Position numbers and translations under genes: made by a program
The notes under the pieces: generated by a model
Databases searched by the model: none
The model's input: only the letters and a program-made list of their open reading frames with translations
What the model was told of the DNA's origin: nothing
Assembly (NCBI GenBank): GCA_963727505.1
Contig: CAVSGP010000005.1
Span: forward strand, 160,001-224,000
DNA: 64,000 bases
Direction of reading: 5' to 3'
Source of the DNA: an uncultured Trueperaceae bacterium
GTDB lineage: Bacteria; Deinococcota; Deinococci; Deinococcales; Trueperaceae
Part shown: positions 49,898-60,700 of the stretch, one piece after another
How the letters are laid out: each line of letters opens with the position of its first letter
How positions within the stretch are numbered: the stretch's first letter is position 1

Positions 49898-50818
49898 ATG
49901 CGCGTCGTTCGAGTAGGGATCGTGATCGTGGTGGTGCTGGCGGCCGCGTACGGCGTGCTGGCGCTGGTGGTGAAGCCGCGCCCGCGCGCGGCCTACCTCG
50001 ACGCTCTGCCCAGGGGGGTGACGGTGCTGGCGCACCAGGGCGGTGACGGACTGTGGCCGGGGGACACCCTGTATGCGTTCCGCCACGCCGCGGCGCTCGG
50101 CGCCGACGTGCTCGAGCTCGACATCCACGAGAGCGCCGACCACCGTATCGTGGTCATCCACGACGACACCGTCGACCGGACCACCGACGGCCACGGCGAC
50201 GTAAAACTGATGACGCTGGCCGAGCTGCAGGCGCTGGACGCCGGCTACCGCTGGTCGCCCGACCGGCAGGGGCAGACCTTCCCCTACCGCGGTCAGGGCA
50301 TCCGCATCCCGACCCTGCAGGCGGTCTTCGACGCCTTCCCCGGCAAGCCCATCAACATCGAGATCAAGCCCGACGACGTGCGGGTGGCGGGCGACCTGTG
50401 CCGGCTGATCCGCTCGAACGATCGCCAGAGCACGGTGATGGTGGTCTCCTTCCACGCGACCGCCATCCGCGCCTTCCGCAAGGACTGCCCCTCGGTGGCC
50501 ACGGCGGGCGACCCCACCGAGATCGAGGTGTTCTACGCGCTGGCGCGCGCCCGCCTGGCGCACGTCTTCACGCCGCCGACCGACGCGCTGCAGGTGCCCG
50601 AGAGCCAGGCCGGGCTGACGGTGGTCACGCCCCACTTCGTGAGCGCGGCGCACGACCGGGGGGTGCTGGTGCACGTCTGGACCATCGACGGCAAGACCGA
50701 CATGCAGCGCCTCATGGCCATGGGCGTCGACGGCCTCATCACCGACCGTCCCGACCGTCTCCTCGAGCTGCTGGGGCGCCCCCACGACGTGACGCTGGCA
50801 CCCGGCGTCGCGCCCTGA
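49898..50818 (+). CDS. Glycerophosphodiester phosphodiesterase (N-terminal membrane anchor)
   Basis: LAHQGG (HR variant), ELDIH, VIHD, IPTL, NIEIK, VWTID, GLITDRP. Confidence 0.9.
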   Translation: MRVVRVGIVIVVVLAAAYGVLALVVKPRPRAAYLDALPRGVTVLAHQGGDGLWPGDTLYAFRHAAALGADVLELDIHESADHRIVVIHDDTVDRTTDGHGDVKLMTLAELQALDAGYRWSPDRQGQTFPYRGQGIRIPTLQAVFDAFPGKPINIEIKPDDVRVAGDLCRLIRSNDRQSTVMVVSFHATAIRAFRKDCPSVATAGDPTEIEVFYALARARLAHVFTPPTDALQVPESQAGLTVVTPHFVSAAHDRGVLVHVWTIDGKTDMQRLMAMGVDGLITDRPDRLLELLGRPHDVTLAPGVAP

Positions 50819-50901
50819 GCGGGGACTGCCCGCCGGTCGTTGTCGCACGGCGCCTGGTGCCGAAACGCCGCTGCCCGGGTGCGGGATAGACTGCTCCCAC
50901 G

Positions 50902-52131
50902 GTGCTCGACGGCCTCTTCGTGCTCGATCTCAGCCGCGTCCTGGCGGGTCCCTACTGTACGCAGCTCCTCGCCGATCTGGGTGCGCGCGTGGTCAAGGTG
51001 GAGTCGCCCCGCGGCGACGATACCCGCGGTTGGGGACCGCCCTTCGTGGGTCGGGAGAGCGCCTACTTCCTTTCGGTCAACCGGGGCAAGGAGAGCGTTG
51101 CGGTCGACCTGAAGGACCCCCGCGGCCGCGACGCGGTGCGGCGCCTGGCAGAGCGCGCCGACGTCGTGGTGGAGAACTTCAAGGTGGGTGATCTCGCCCG
51201 CTACGGCCTCGACTACGCTTCGCTCGTCGACCGGAACCCCGGCCTGGTGTACGCCTCGATCACGGGTTTCGGACAGGACGGCCCGCGCGCGCCCGAACCC
51301 GGATACGACGCCGCTCTGCAGGCGCTCAGCGGCCTCATGGAGCTGACCGGCGAGGAGGGTCGCCCGCCGGTCAAGCTGGGCGTGGCCTGGATCGACGTGC
51401 TCACCGGCTCGCACGCCGCGACGGCGGTGCTGGCGGCGCTGGTCGCGCGGGGCCGGAGCGGGCGCGGTGCCCATCTCGACATCGCGCTGTTCGACGTTGC
51501 GCTGGCGAGCCTGGTCAACCAGGCGCAGAGTGCGCTGGCCACCGGTGAGGCCCCCCGGCGGCTGGGCAGTGCCCACCCCAGCATCGTGCCCTACCAGGCG
51601 TTCCAGGCCGCCGACGGCGCGCTCATGATCGCGGTGGGCAACGACGAGCAGTTCCGCCGGCTGTGCGAGGCGCTCGAGCTCCCCGAGCTGGCGCACGACG
51701 CCCGCTACGCCAGCAACGCCGGCCGCGTGCAGGCGCGCGACGCGCTGGTGCCCGTGCTGGCCGAACGCCTGAAGGACCGTTCCCGGGACGCCTGGCTGGA
51801 GGCGCTCCGCCGCGCCGGCGTGCCCGCCACCCCGGTGGCGACGCTGCCGGAGGCGCTGGCCGACCCGCAGACCGTCGCCCGCGGCCTGCTGGTGCAGGGC
51901 GAGCACCCCGGCATCGGAAGACTTCGCATGGTGGGGAGCCCGCTGTGGCACGCCCGCGGGCCGGACGGCGAGCCGCTCGGCCTGATGCCGGAGGCGGGCG
52001 CCAGCCCGGTCCCGCCGCGCCTGGGCGAGCACAGCCGCACCGTGTTGCGGGGCGACCTGGGCATGAGCGCCGGGGAGATCGACGCGCTGGTGAGCGCCGG
52101 CGTGATCCGCGCCGGCCCGCCCGACGGCTGA
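50902..52131 (+). CDS. Family III CoA-transferase (CaiB/BaiF)
   Basis: VLDLSRVLAGPY, GDDTRGWGPP, NRGKES, VENFK, GYD, PPRLGEH. Confidence 0.93.
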   Translation: MLDGLFVLDLSRVLAGPYCTQLLADLGARVVKVESPRGDDTRGWGPPFVGRESAYFLSVNRGKESVAVDLKDPRGRDAVRRLAERADVVVENFKVGDLARYGLDYASLVDRNPGLVYASITGFGQDGPRAPEPGYDAALQALSGLMELTGEEGRPPVKLGVAWIDVLTGSHAATAVLAALVARGRSGRGAHLDIALFDVALASLVNQAQSALATGEAPRRLGSAHPSIVPYQAFQAADGALMIAVGNDEQFRRLCEALELPELAHDARYASNAGRVQARDALVPVLAERLKDRSRDAWLEALRRAGVPATPVATLPEALADPQTVARGLLVQGEHPGIGRLRMVGSPLWHARGPDGEPLGLMPEAGASPVPPRLGEHSRTVLRGDLGMSAGEIDALVSAGVIRAGPPDG

Positions 52132-52219
52132 CCGGGCGCCGGGGCCGCCGCAGGTCTAGCCAAGAGGACCGCCGCTCAACGCCACCGGGTTGGAGCAAGC
52201 TGGTTGTGGCGGGACCTGC

Positions 52220-53359
52220 TCAGCGCAAGCGGCTGGCGCCGTCGGCGGGGCGGCACACGTAGACCGCGGAGCGGCGCTCGGGCGTGTCGTAGCAGCCGGT
52301 GACGGCGCGCACGAAGGCGTCGACCGCGCCCTCCTCGACGAGAGCCACGGCGCAGCCGCCGAAGCCCGCGCCGGTCATGCGGGCGCCGAGGCAGGCGGGG
52401 TGGCCCCGGGCGCAGGCGACGATGGCGTCGAGCGCGGGGGACGACACCTCGAAGTCCTCTTGCAGGCTGGCGTGCGAAGCGTTCATGAGCCGGCCGAGCG
52501 TCGCCGCGTCGCCGCGGCGCATGGCCTCGGCCGCGGCCAGCGTGCGAGCGTTCTCGCCGATGACGTGCCGCGCGCGCTTGCGGGGCAGCTCCTCCAGCCC
52601 GGCGGCGCCCGCCTCGAAGGCTTCCGGCGTGACGTCGCGCAGGGCGGGTACCCCGAAGTGCAGCGCGGCCTCCTCGCACTGGGCGCGCCGCTCGTTGTAG
52701 GCCGAGCCCACCAGGCCGCGCCTCGTGCCGGTGTCGAGCACCACCACCACGTGTCCCGCCGGCAGCGGCACGGCTTCGCCCTCCAGCGTGCGGCAGTCGA
52801 GCAGCAGGGCGTGGCCCTCGCGGCCGAGCGCGGAGATGAGCGGGTCCATGATGCCGGAGTTCACGCCCACCCAGCCGTTCTCGGCGCGCTGGCACAGGCG
52901 CGCCATGGCCGTGGGCTGCCACGGAAAGCCGGAGCTCGCCTGGAAGGCGCGGCAGGCGGCGAGCTCGAGCGCCGCCGAGGAGGAGAGCCCCGCGCCGCGC
53001 GGGACGTCGCCGGCCAGCACGCCGTCGAAGCCGGACAGCGTGACGCCGTCCTCGGCGAGCGCCCAGGCCACTCCCTTGAGGTACTCCTGCCAGCCGTCGG
53101 CACGCTCGAGCGCGCCGAGCGAGAAGCTCGCCTCCTGCTCGATGTCGACGGCGTAGACCCGCACCGTGTCGTCGACGCGCGGCCGCAACGCGATGCGGAT
53201 GTCGCGGTCGATCGCCATGGGCAGCACGAAGCCGTCGTTGTAGTCGGTGTGCTCACCGATGAGGTTGACGCGCCCGGGCGCACGCACCACGGCGGTCGGC
53301 GCCTCTGAGAAGCGCGCTTCGAAGGCCGCCTCGATCGCGCGCGGTCCGCCCGTGCTCAC
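52220..53359 (-). CDS. galK: Galactokinase
   Basis: [46 protein letters not shown] overlap with galT stop. Confidence 0.96.
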   Translation of the reverse strand: MSTGGPRAIEAAFEARFSEAPTAVVRAPGRVNLIGEHTDYNDGFVLPMAIDRDIRIALRPRVDDTVRVYAVDIEQEASFSLGALERADGWQEYLKGVAWALAEDGVTLSGFDGVLAGDVPRGAGLSSSAALELAACRAFQASSGFPWQPTAMARLCQRAENGWVGVNSGIMDPLISALGREGHALLLDCRTLEGEAVPLPAGHVVVVLDTGTRRGLVGSAYNERRAQCEEAALHFGVPALRDVTPEAFEAGAAGLEELPRKRARHVIGENARTLAAAEAMRRGDAATLGRLMNASHASLQEDFEVSSPALDAIVACARGHPACLGARMTGAGFGGCAVALVEEGAVDAFVRAVTGCYDTPERRSAVYVCRPADGASRLR

Positions 53360-54399
53360 GCCGGCTCCCGGTCGCGGCCTTCGGACAGAGCGCGCAGGCG
53401 CCCGGCCGCCTGCTCGGCGGTGAGGTCGCGCTGCGGCTCGCCGAGCATCTCGAAGCCGACCATGAACTTGCGCACCTCGGCCGAGCGCAAGAGCGGCGGG
53501 TAGAGGTGGGCGTGGAGTTGCCAGTGCCCCCGCTCGTCCTCGCCGTAGGGGGCGCCGTGCCAGCCGAAGGAGTAGGGGAACGACGTCTCGAACAGGTTGT
53601 CGAGCTTGACCAGCATCGGCTTGAGCAGCGCCGCCAGCGCGTCCCGCTCCTCGCCCGTCAGGTCGGGCATGCGCGGCACGCGTCGCCGGCGCGGCAGCAC
53701 CAGCAGCTCGAAGGGCCACACCGCCCAGAAGGGGACGACGGCCAGCCAGTGCTCGTTCTCGACCACCACGCGCTCGCGTCGCTCGTCCTCGAGCGCGGCG
53801 TAGTCGAGCAGCAGGGGCGTGCCGCGCTCGGCAAGGTAGGCGCGCTGGCGGGCGTCTTCCCTCGTGGGTTCGGACGGGACGACGTCGAGCGCCCACACCT
53901 GACCGTGCGGGTGGGGGTTGCTGGCCCCCATCTGCGATCCCTTGTTCTCGAACACCTGCACCCAGCGCCAGTCGCGTCCGAGCGCCTCGGTCCGCTCGGC
54001 CCACAGCTCCACCACGCGCCGGATGCCGGGCACGTCGAACTCCGCCAGCGTGAGGTCGTGGCGGGGCGAGAAGCAGATCACCTCGCAGGTGCCGCGCACC
54101 CCCCGCACGCGCATCAGCGGCGCCTCGGGTTCCGGTGCGCGCGGCGCCTCCGGCAGCAGCGCCGCATAGTCGTTGGTGAAGACGAAGGTCTCCTCGTAGT
54201 CGGGGTTCCTGGCGCCGCCGGCGCGCTCGTTCCCGGGGCACAGATAGCAGGCCGGGTCGTGGCGCGGCTTGCGGTTCTCGCGCGGCCGCTCGGTGTGGCC
54301 CTGCCAGGGCCGCTGCAGGCGGTGCGGCGAGACCAGCACCCAGTCGCCGGTGAGGGGGTTGAAGCGGCGGTGGGGATGCTCGGTGGGGTCGAAAGGCAC
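53356..54399 (-). CDS. galT: Galactose-1-phosphate uridylyltransferase
   Basis: [53 protein letters not shown]. Confidence 0.96.
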   Translation of the reverse strand: MPFDPTEHPHRRFNPLTGDWVLVSPHRLQRPWQGHTERPRENRKPRHDPACYLCPGNERAGGARNPDYEETFVFTNDYAALLPEAPRAPEPEAPLMRVRGVRGTCEVICFSPRHDLTLAEFDVPGIRRVVELWAERTEALGRDWRWVQVFENKGSQMGASNPHPHGQVWALDVVPSEPTREDARQRAYLAERGTPLLLDYAALEDERRERVVVENEHWLAVVPFWAVWPFELLVLPRRRRVPRMPDLTGEERDALAALLKPMLVKLDNLFETSFPYSFGWHGAPYGEDERGHWQLHAHLYPPLLRSAEVRKFMVGFEMLGEPQRDLTAEQAAGRLRALSEGRDREPA

Positions 54400-54484
54400 G
54401 GACCCCTCCTTTCGGAAGGACGCGGGGCGGGCGGAGCGGGCGTACACCGAGCGCCACCCAGACGAGTCTAGCAGCCGGTGTCGG

Positions 54485-54574
54485 TGGCAGCGATGTCGGG
54501 CGGGAAGCGGCGGGGCGGGGCAGCGCTGCCGGGCGGGAGCGCTGACCGGGGCAGCGCTGCCGGGCGGGAAGCGG
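54485..54574. repeat. Three ~25-nt copies of GGCAGCG(C/A)TG(C/T)CGGGCGGGA(A)GCG upstream of the galT promoter
   Basis: Copies start at 54486, 54519, 54550; palindromic GGCAGCGCTGCC core. Confidence 0.85.
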
Positions 54575-54589
54575 TCAGGCCGCCGCGCC

Positions 54590-56557
54590 TCAAACCGGCG
54601 GGTCGAGGAACGCCACCCCATGACCGGGCACCCGTACGCCGTCGACGGTGGCGTCGTCGGCGCCGAAGTTGAGCAGCGCGCCGCGGCCGACGCGGCTGCG
54701 ACGCACGGCCTCGGGCAGGAGCGTGGTGGCGACGCCGGCATCGGCCAGCAGTGGCTCGAGCACGGCGCTCAGCAGGCCGGGTTCGCCCCAGGCCCCGAGG
54801 GTGAGGCACGCCCCCTTGCCGACGGCGCGGCGGGTCAGCGCCGCGGCGCCGCCGTAGGCCGGCTCGCGGTAACGCGCGAGCACCTGGGCTGCCCCGGGCT
54901 CGGAAGTGTCCTCCACCTCGAGCAGATCGGCCCAGGTCGTGAAACCGAGGACCGCACCGTCGAGCTCGACCTCGCCGGTCACGCCTGGCCGTAGTGCGTC
55001 GACGCGGTCGATGCGCACCCCGCTGAGGCTCCGCAACGGGCCGGGGGCGGGCGCCTGGGCGACGTTGCTGCGTGTCTTGGCGCCGCTGCGGGGCCCGAGC
55101 AGGAGGAGGCCGCCCGCCTCGACGTAGCGCTGCAGGCGCTGCGCGCGCGCCTCGTCCATGAGGTGAAGCGAGGGCGCGACCACGAGCGAGAACGCCGCCA
55201 GATCGCGATCCGGGTGGGTGATCGCCACGTCGACGCCGAGGGCGCGCAGCGCGCCGTAGAAGGCGAGTTGCAGGCCCCAGTAGCTCCAGCCTTCGGCGTG
55301 GGGCTGGAGCTCGGTGGCCCACAGGTCCTCGTAGTCCAGCAGCAGCGCCACCCGGGGGGGCGTGCCGGAGATCGGCGCCAGCTCCGTGGCCACGCGGCGG
55401 ACCTCGGTACTGGCGGGTGCCGGGCGGCCGTCGTGGAGCTCGAGCCCGGCATGCATCAGCTCCTGCGCGCCGAGGGCGGCGCGCCACCGGAAGTACGACA
55501 CGACCTCGGCGCCGTGCGCGAACGCCTGGTGCGCCCACAGTCGCACGGCCCCGTCGGCCGGAAGCGGGTTCGTCTTCGCCCAGTTCACCGCGCCCGGTTG
55601 CATCTCCATCACCCAGAAAGGCCGGTCCTTGAGGCCGTGCAGGAGGTCGTGGTTGAAGCCGATCAGGTCGGGGTGGCCGACCCGCAGGTAGCGCTCCTTC
55701 ACGGCTGCCGGCAGCGGGCTCTCCTCGAGCATGCCGAGCGGGTAGGCGTCCCAGGCCAGGAGGTCGAGGTCGGCGGCCAGCGCGAAGGCATCGTAGTCGC
55801 CGAAGAACCCCATGGTGTTGTGGAGGATTCGACGGTCCGAGTGCTCCCGCAGGAGTTCGACCTGCAGGCGGTTGTAGCGGGCCACTTGATCGGAGGCGAA
55901 GCGGTAGAAGTCGAGGCTGTGGCTGGGGTTCGCTTCGGTGACCGCCTGGCCCGGCAACTCCACCTCGTCGAAGTGGCGGACTTCCTGGCTCCAGAAGACG
56001 GTCCACCACGCCTCGTTGAGGGCGTCTACGCTGCCGTAGCGCTCACGCAACCAGTCCTGGAAGGCGCTGCGGCAGCGCGGGCAGTAGCAGCGCACGGTGT
56101 CGTGGCAGCCGTACTCGTTGTCGGTCTGCCAGGCGCCGACGCCGGGGTGCGCGCCGTAGCGCCCGGCCAGCAGGGTCACCATGCGGCGTGTCTCGCTCCG
56201 GTAGGCGGAGCTGCTGAAGCACACGTGGCGGCGCGAGCCGAAGCCGCGCACGCGGCCGTCGCGGCCTACCGGGAGGATCTCCGGATGGCGATCGACCAGC
56301 CACTTGGGCGGCGTGGCGGTGGGGGTGCCGAGCACCACCTGCAGGCCCGCGTCGGCGAGGGTGTCGATGGCGCGGTCGAGCCAGCCGAAGGCGAGGCGGC
56401 CGGGCTCGGGCTCGAGCCGGCTCCAGGCGAACTCGCCGACGCGCACCCAGCGCAGGCCGAGATCGGCCATGCGCCGGGCCTCGCGCTCCCAGCCCTCCTC
56501 GGGCCAGTGCTCGGGGTAGTAGCAGACGCCGAGGGCGGATGACGGCAACTCGGGCAT
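54590..56557 (-). CDS. GH42 beta-galactosidase
   Basis: [51 protein letters not shown]. Confidence 0.95.
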   Translation of the reverse strand: MPELPSSALGVCYYPEHWPEEGWEREARRMADLGLRWVRVGEFAWSRLEPEPGRLAFGWLDRAIDTLADAGLQVVLGTPTATPPKWLVDRHPEILPVGRDGRVRGFGSRRHVCFSSSAYRSETRRMVTLLAGRYGAHPGVGAWQTDNEYGCHDTVRCYCPRCRSAFQDWLRERYGSVDALNEAWWTVFWSQEVRHFDEVELPGQAVTEANPSHSLDFYRFASDQVARYNRLQVELLREHSDRRILHNTMGFFGDYDAFALAADLDLLAWDAYPLGMLEESPLPAAVKERYLRVGHPDLIGFNHDLLHGLKDRPFWVMEMQPGAVNWAKTNPLPADGAVRLWAHQAFAHGAEVVSYFRWRAALGAQELMHAGLELHDGRPAPASTEVRRVATELAPISGTPPRVALLLDYEDLWATELQPHAEGWSYWGLQLAFYGALRALGVDVAITHPDRDLAAFSLVVAPSLHLMDEARAQRLQRYVEAGGLLLLGPRSGAKTRSNVAQAPAPGPLRSLSGVRIDRVDALRPGVTGEVELDGAVLGFTTWADLLEVEDTSEPGAAQVLARYREPAYGGAAALTRRAVGKGACLTLGAWGEPGLLSAVLEPLLADAGVATTLLPEAVRRSRVGRGALLNFGADDATVDGVRVPGHGVAFLDPPV

Positions 56558-56586
56558 GGGGTCCTCGATCCAGCGGGTGGGGCCGG

Positions 56587-57417
56587 TCAGTCCTTGACCG
56601 CGCCCGCGGTGATGCCCGCTACGAAGAAGCGTTGCAGGAACAGGAACAGCACCAGGAAGGGCACCGTGGCGATGGCGGTGCCGACCATGATGCCGCCCCA
56701 GGACACGCGGGTGAGACCCACCAGGGTGCCCAGCGCCACCGGGATGGTGTAGGCCTGCTTCTGCGTCAGGATGAGCAACGGCCAGAAGAAGTCGTTCCAC
56801 TGGAACAGGAACACCACGATCGCGACGGCGGCCAGGGCCGGTCGCATGATCGGCAGCACCACCTGCAGGAAGATGCGCGCCTCCCCGGCGCCGTCGATGC
56901 GAGCGGCCTCCAACAGCTCGCTGGGCACCGAAAGCATGTTCTGGCGCATGAAGAAGATGCCGAGCGGGTAGGCGAGCCACGGCAGGATGACGGCGATCCA
57001 GGTGTTGGACAGGCGCAGGTCGCGCGCGATGAGCAGGTACTGCGGGATGGCGCGCACCTCGAACGGGATGGTGAGCGCGGCGACCACCACCATGAACAGT
57101 GCGGCGCGGCCGCGGAAGGAGAACTTGGCGAAGGCATACCCGCCCATGGCCGAGATCATGGTGGCGAACAGCGTGAAGATCGAGGCGATGGCGACGGAGT
57201 TGAAGACGTTGCGCAGGAACGGCAGATCGCTGTTGAGGTCCTTCCAGTTGGCCGCCAGACTGGTACCCGGCGCCAGGCTGGGCGGGACCGACAGGATCTC
57301 GTGGTTGGCCTTGGTGGCGGCCACGATCATCCACACGATGGGCATCAGGAAGGCGAGTGCCAGCACCAGCATGCCGGCGTTGAGCGCGATCGCCTGGACG
57401 AGCCGCTGGCGCCTCAC
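56587..57417 (-). CDS. Carbohydrate ABC transporter permease
   Basis: ELLEAARIDGA EAA motif, QWNDFFWPL, multi-TM. Confidence 0.94.
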   Translation of the reverse strand: MRRQRLVQAIALNAGMLVLALAFLMPIVWMIVAATKANHEILSVPPSLAPGTSLAANWKDLNSDLPFLRNVFNSVAIASIFTLFATMISAMGGYAFAKFSFRGRAALFMVVVAALTIPFEVRAIPQYLLIARDLRLSNTWIAVILPWLAYPLGIFFMRQNMLSVPSELLEAARIDGAGEARIFLQVVLPIMRPALAAVAIVVFLFQWNDFFWPLLILTQKQAYTIPVALGTLVGLTRVSWGGIMVGTAIATVPFLVLFLFLQRFFVAGITAGAVKD

Positions 57418-58331
57418 GGTTCCCGCCCCCCGACCACGCGGATCTGGATGAACGAGAAGACGGCCGCGATCAGCGCCACGGTGTAGGCGATGGCCGAGGC
57501 GTAGCCGAAGTTGAAGGAGCGGAAGCCCTGCTTGTACAGGTAGGTGATGAGCGTCTCGGTGGCGCCGCCCGGCCCGGTGCTGGTGATCAGCCAGGGCTCG
57601 GTGAAGAGTTGCAGCGTGCCGATGGTCGAGAGCACGAAGCAGAACAGCAGCACCGGCCTGAGCAGTGGCAGCGTGATCCGCAGGAACTGCTGCCAGCCGC
57701 TGGCCCCGTCGATCCTGGCTGCTTCGTAGAGCGACAGCGGGATCGATTGCAGGCCCGACAGCAGGATGATGGCGTTGTAGCCGGTCCAGCGCCAGGTGAT
57801 GGCGATCATCACCGTGATGAGTGCCGGTGTCCCCTGCGACAGCCAGTTCACCGCCGACAGCCCTAGGACGTGCAGGCCGTAGTTGAGCACGCCGAACTGG
57901 GTGTTGAAGATCAGGCGGAAGACGGCGGAGTACGGTACCGCCCCGAGCACGAGCGGTGCGAAGAAGGCGAACCGGAAGAAGCCCTTGAGGCGTAGCAGGT
58001 CGCTGTTGAAGGCGATCGCCAACGCCACGGCCAGCACGAGCATCACCGGCACCTGCACCACCAGGATGGTCAGGGTGTTGCCGAGCGCCTTCCAGAAGAA
58101 GGGGTCGTGGATGAGCCGGTCCCAGTTGAACGACCAGCTGAAGGTCCAGGGGCGCCGCCGGGTGTTGACGAACGAAAGATAGAACGAGTACGCGATCGGG
58201 TAGATCCAGAACATCGCGAACAGCGCGAAGAACGGGCTGAGGAACAGATAGGGCGTGAGGGGACTGCGGCGGCGCCGCGAACGGTGCGTTGCCCCGGGGG
58301 GTGCGGCCGCGCGGCCGCTGCCGAGGCTCAC
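57414..58331 (-). CDS. Sugar ABC transporter permease
   Basis: LYEAARIDGA, ITLPLLRP, FGYASAIA, multi-TM. Confidence 0.94.
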   Translation of the reverse strand: MSLGSGRAAAPPGATHRSRRRRSPLTPYLFLSPFFALFAMFWIYPIAYSFYLSFVNTRRRPWTFSWSFNWDRLIHDPFFWKALGNTLTILVVQVPVMLVLAVALAIAFNSDLLRLKGFFRFAFFAPLVLGAVPYSAVFRLIFNTQFGVLNYGLHVLGLSAVNWLSQGTPALITVMIAITWRWTGYNAIILLSGLQSIPLSLYEAARIDGASGWQQFLRITLPLLRPVLLFCFVLSTIGTLQLFTEPWLITSTGPGGATETLITYLYKQGFRSFNFGYASAIAYTVALIAAVFSFIQIRVVGGREP

Positions 58332-58430
58332 GGGGCGCTCCGCTGGCGTGACGGGAGCGAGGCGTGGGTCGCTGGCGGGCGCGTGGACATGGACGCTGCG
58401 TTCATGGTCGGCGGGCTCGACGGGGCCGGT

Positions 58431-58465
58431 GGGTCCGGCGCGCGCGTGGTACGCGCGCCGGACCC
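58431..58465. other. 14-bp stem-loop after the substrate-binding gene (likely mRNA stabiliser or partial terminator)
   Basis: GGGTCCGGCGCGCG-N7-CGCGCGCCGGACCC. Confidence 0.6.
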
Positions 58466-58472
58466 CGTCCGG

Positions 58473-59732
58473 TTACTTCGCGACCGGCAGGCCCGTGGCC
58501 TGCGAGATCTGCCGGGCCGCGGTATCGAGCGCGGTCTTGGCGTCGGGGTACTTGCCGTCGAGGTAGTCGTTGACGACGGCGATCATGACGTTGCGCGCTT
58601 CCTGGAAGAACTGCGTCCCCACCACGGGCGGGACGTCGCCCAGGGTGCCGATGATGGTCTTCCAGATCGGTTGGTTGTCGAAGTAGGGCACGCCCTGGTC
58701 GAGCCGCGGGTCGTTCATGACGGACAGCAGGGAGGGCGTCAGGCCGTAGTTGAACAGGATGTTGATCTGGTTGTCCTTGTTGGCCAGCGCGTTGGTGACG
58801 AAGTCGTAGGCCAGCTTGGGGTTCTTCGACGAGCTCGGGATGGCCAGCGCGGAGCCGCCGAGGTTGGAGGCGCGCACGCCGCCCGGCGTCAGCGCCGGGG
58901 TGATGTAGACGCCCCACTTGCCGCTCTGGTCGGGCGCCTCGGACTCGATGGTGCCGGCGTACCAGGAGCCGAAGAAGGCGGACGCTTCCTTGCTCTGCTG
59001 GAAGAACTGGATCTGGTTGCCCCAGTCGCCGGGCCACAGGATGCCGGCGTCCCACAACTGCTTCATCGTGGACATGGCGGTGACGCAGCCGGGCTGGTTG
59101 ACCGTGACGTTGTTGCCGGCGTTGTCGAAGTAGAAGCAGCCTGCCTGGTTGGCGAGCATGCGGAACCACTCGTCGTCCGTGCCCTTGGCGATGGTCCCCA
59201 TCTTGACGTCGCCGTTGAAGAGGGTGACGAGCTTCTTGCCCTCGGTGGCGAAGTCGTCCCAGGTGTTGATGGAGGCGGGGTCGATGCCGGCCTGCTGGTA
59301 GAGGTCACGGCGGTAGAAGATCGCCGTGGGGCCGGAGTCGTAAGGGATGGCGTAGACGGCGCCGTCCTGGGTGAGCTCCGCCCACTTGAAGGCTGGGAAG
59401 TCCGGCTTGAGGCTGTCGGCGCCGAGCGTGCGCAGGTCGGTGAAGCAATCGGGGAACTGCGCCCAGAACACCTGGGCCTCGTTGTTCTCGACCAGGTACA
59501 CGTCGGGCATGTCGAGCCCGCCGGCGGCGCAGCCGGCCAGGCCGCGATCGTAGACGTTCTGGTTGCCGAGGTCCTCGACGTTCACCTGGACGCCGGGGTG
59601 CATCTGCTGGAAGCTGGCGACGGTGCTCTCCAGCGCCGCCTTGTTGATGTCCCACACCCAGACGTCGAGGGTCTGGGCGCTGACCAGGCCGGTCAGCACG
59701 AGCGTGGCGAGAACGAGCGTGATCCTTCTCAA
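58473..59732 (-). CDS. Sugar ABC transporter substrate-binding protein
   Basis: Signal peptide; YAIPYDSGPTAIFYRRDL, TWDDF, GGSALAIP; likely TTG start at 59732 after GGAGGT. Confidence 0.93.
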   Translation of the reverse strand: MRRITLVLATLVLTGLVSAQTLDVWVWDINKAALESTVASFQQMHPGVQVNVEDLGNQNVYDRGLAGCAAGGLDMPDVYLVENNEAQVFWAQFPDCFTDLRTLGADSLKPDFPAFKWAELTQDGAVYAIPYDSGPTAIFYRRDLYQQAGIDPASINTWDDFATEGKKLVTLFNGDVKMGTIAKGTDDEWFRMLANQAGCFYFDNAGNNVTVNQPGCVTAMSTMKQLWDAGILWPGDWGNQIQFFQQSKEASAFFGSWYAGTIESEAPDQSGKWGVYITPALTPGGVRASNLGGSALAIPSSSKNPKLAYDFVTNALANKDNQINILFNYGLTPSLLSVMNDPRLDQGVPYFDNQPIWKTIIGTLGDVPPVVGTQFFQEARNVMIAVVNDYLDGKYPDAKTALDTAARQISQATGLPVAK

Positions 59733-59828
59733 CCGATCCACCTCCCTCGGTTGGCACGCGTCCCGACGCCGGTAGCCCGTCCGTCGTGGGTCGACGATCG
59801 GGGTGTTGTGGCGCAGATCGTGCCAACC

Positions 59829-59844
59829 GTGACGGCGCCGTCAC
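59829..59844. promoter_or_regulatory. Perfect 16-bp palindrome GTGACGGCGCCGTCAC, LacI-family-like operator
   Basis: Lies in the leader of the galactoside ABC operon. Confidence 0.6.
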
Positions 59845-59941
59845 CCCCTCCGGGTGGTCGCTGGGACGGGTGGGATCTGAAACCGAGGTCCCCCGCCCAG
59901 GACGGTTCCGGTGCCGACTGCGCAGGTCGCGCGCTGTCTCG

Positions 59942-59970
59942 ACAGTAGCCACGCCCTTGCCGGCCGTCAA
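59942..59970 (-). promoter_or_regulatory. Promoter TTGACG-N17-TACTGT of the galactoside operon
   Basis: Directly visible; GAGACAGCGC half-operator at the predicted start site. Confidence 0.6.
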
Positions 59971-60014
59971 AGGCGATTGTCCCGAGGGTCGGGCCGGGCG
60001 CCGACGGCCCCTCT

Positions 60015-60073
60015 GGAGGGGCTCGGTGGAGGTTCTGGCTGGAGGTTCTGGCTGGAGGTTCTGGGTGGAGGTT
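60015..60073. repeat. 13-nt tandem repeat GGAGGTTCTGG(C/G)T x3 plus degenerate flanking copies, after the lexA stop
   Basis: Directly visible. Confidence 0.93.
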
Positions 60074-60076
60074 GAG

Positions 60077-60700
60077 CTAGCTGGGTTGTTCGAGCAGCGC
60101 GTCGACCAGGGCGCCGCGCAGCAGGCCCCGGTAGACGCCGTCGATGACGAGGTCCTCGGCGGCCACCTCGACGGTGGGGTAGCGCGGGTTGTGGGGGCGC
60201 AAGGCGTAGCGCCCCGGATCGAGCCGGTCGAGGTACTTGAGGGTGACGTCGCTCCCCTCGACGCGCACGGCGCAGATCTCACCGCTGCGCTGCGGCGGGC
60301 GCTTGTCGAACAGCACCACGTCGCCGTCCTGGATGAGGTCGGCCATGGAATCGCCCTCGACGCGCAGCGCGAAGCTGCCATCTTGCAGGCCGCTCAGCGG
60401 GAGGTAGCCCTCGGCCTCGGCCAGCGCCTCGCTGAGCGCGCCGGCGGGGATGCCACCGAGGACCGGCACGCCGGTGGCGCCCGCGGGCAGTGCCAGGTGG
60501 GGGGAGCGGCCGCGGCCGCGGCTCTCGAACACCAGGAAGCCCTTGCGATCGAGGGCTTCAAGGTGCTGCTTGAGCGAGACGTAGTGGACGCCCATCGAGC
60601 GAGCGAACGCCGACAGCTCCGGCATGGTGCCGGTGCGTCGGTGGTGGTCGCGCAGGCGCTCGTACACCTTGCGTTGCGTAGGAGAGAGGTCTTCCTTCAC
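60077..60700 (-). CDS. lexA: LexA repressor
   Basis: LSPTQRKVY wHTH, HLEALDRKGFL, IPAG cleavage site, VEGDSM (Ser), VTLK (Lys). Confidence 0.9.
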   Translation of the reverse strand: MKEDLSPTQRKVYERLRDHHRRTGTMPELSAFARSMGVHYVSLKQHLEALDRKGFLVFESRGRGRSPHLALPAGATGVPVLGGIPAGALSEALAEAEGYLPLSGLQDGSFALRVEGDSMADLIQDGDVVLFDKRPPQRSGEICAVRVEGSDVTLKYLDRLDPGRYALRPHNPRYPTVEVAAEDLVIDGVYRGLLRGALVDALLEQPS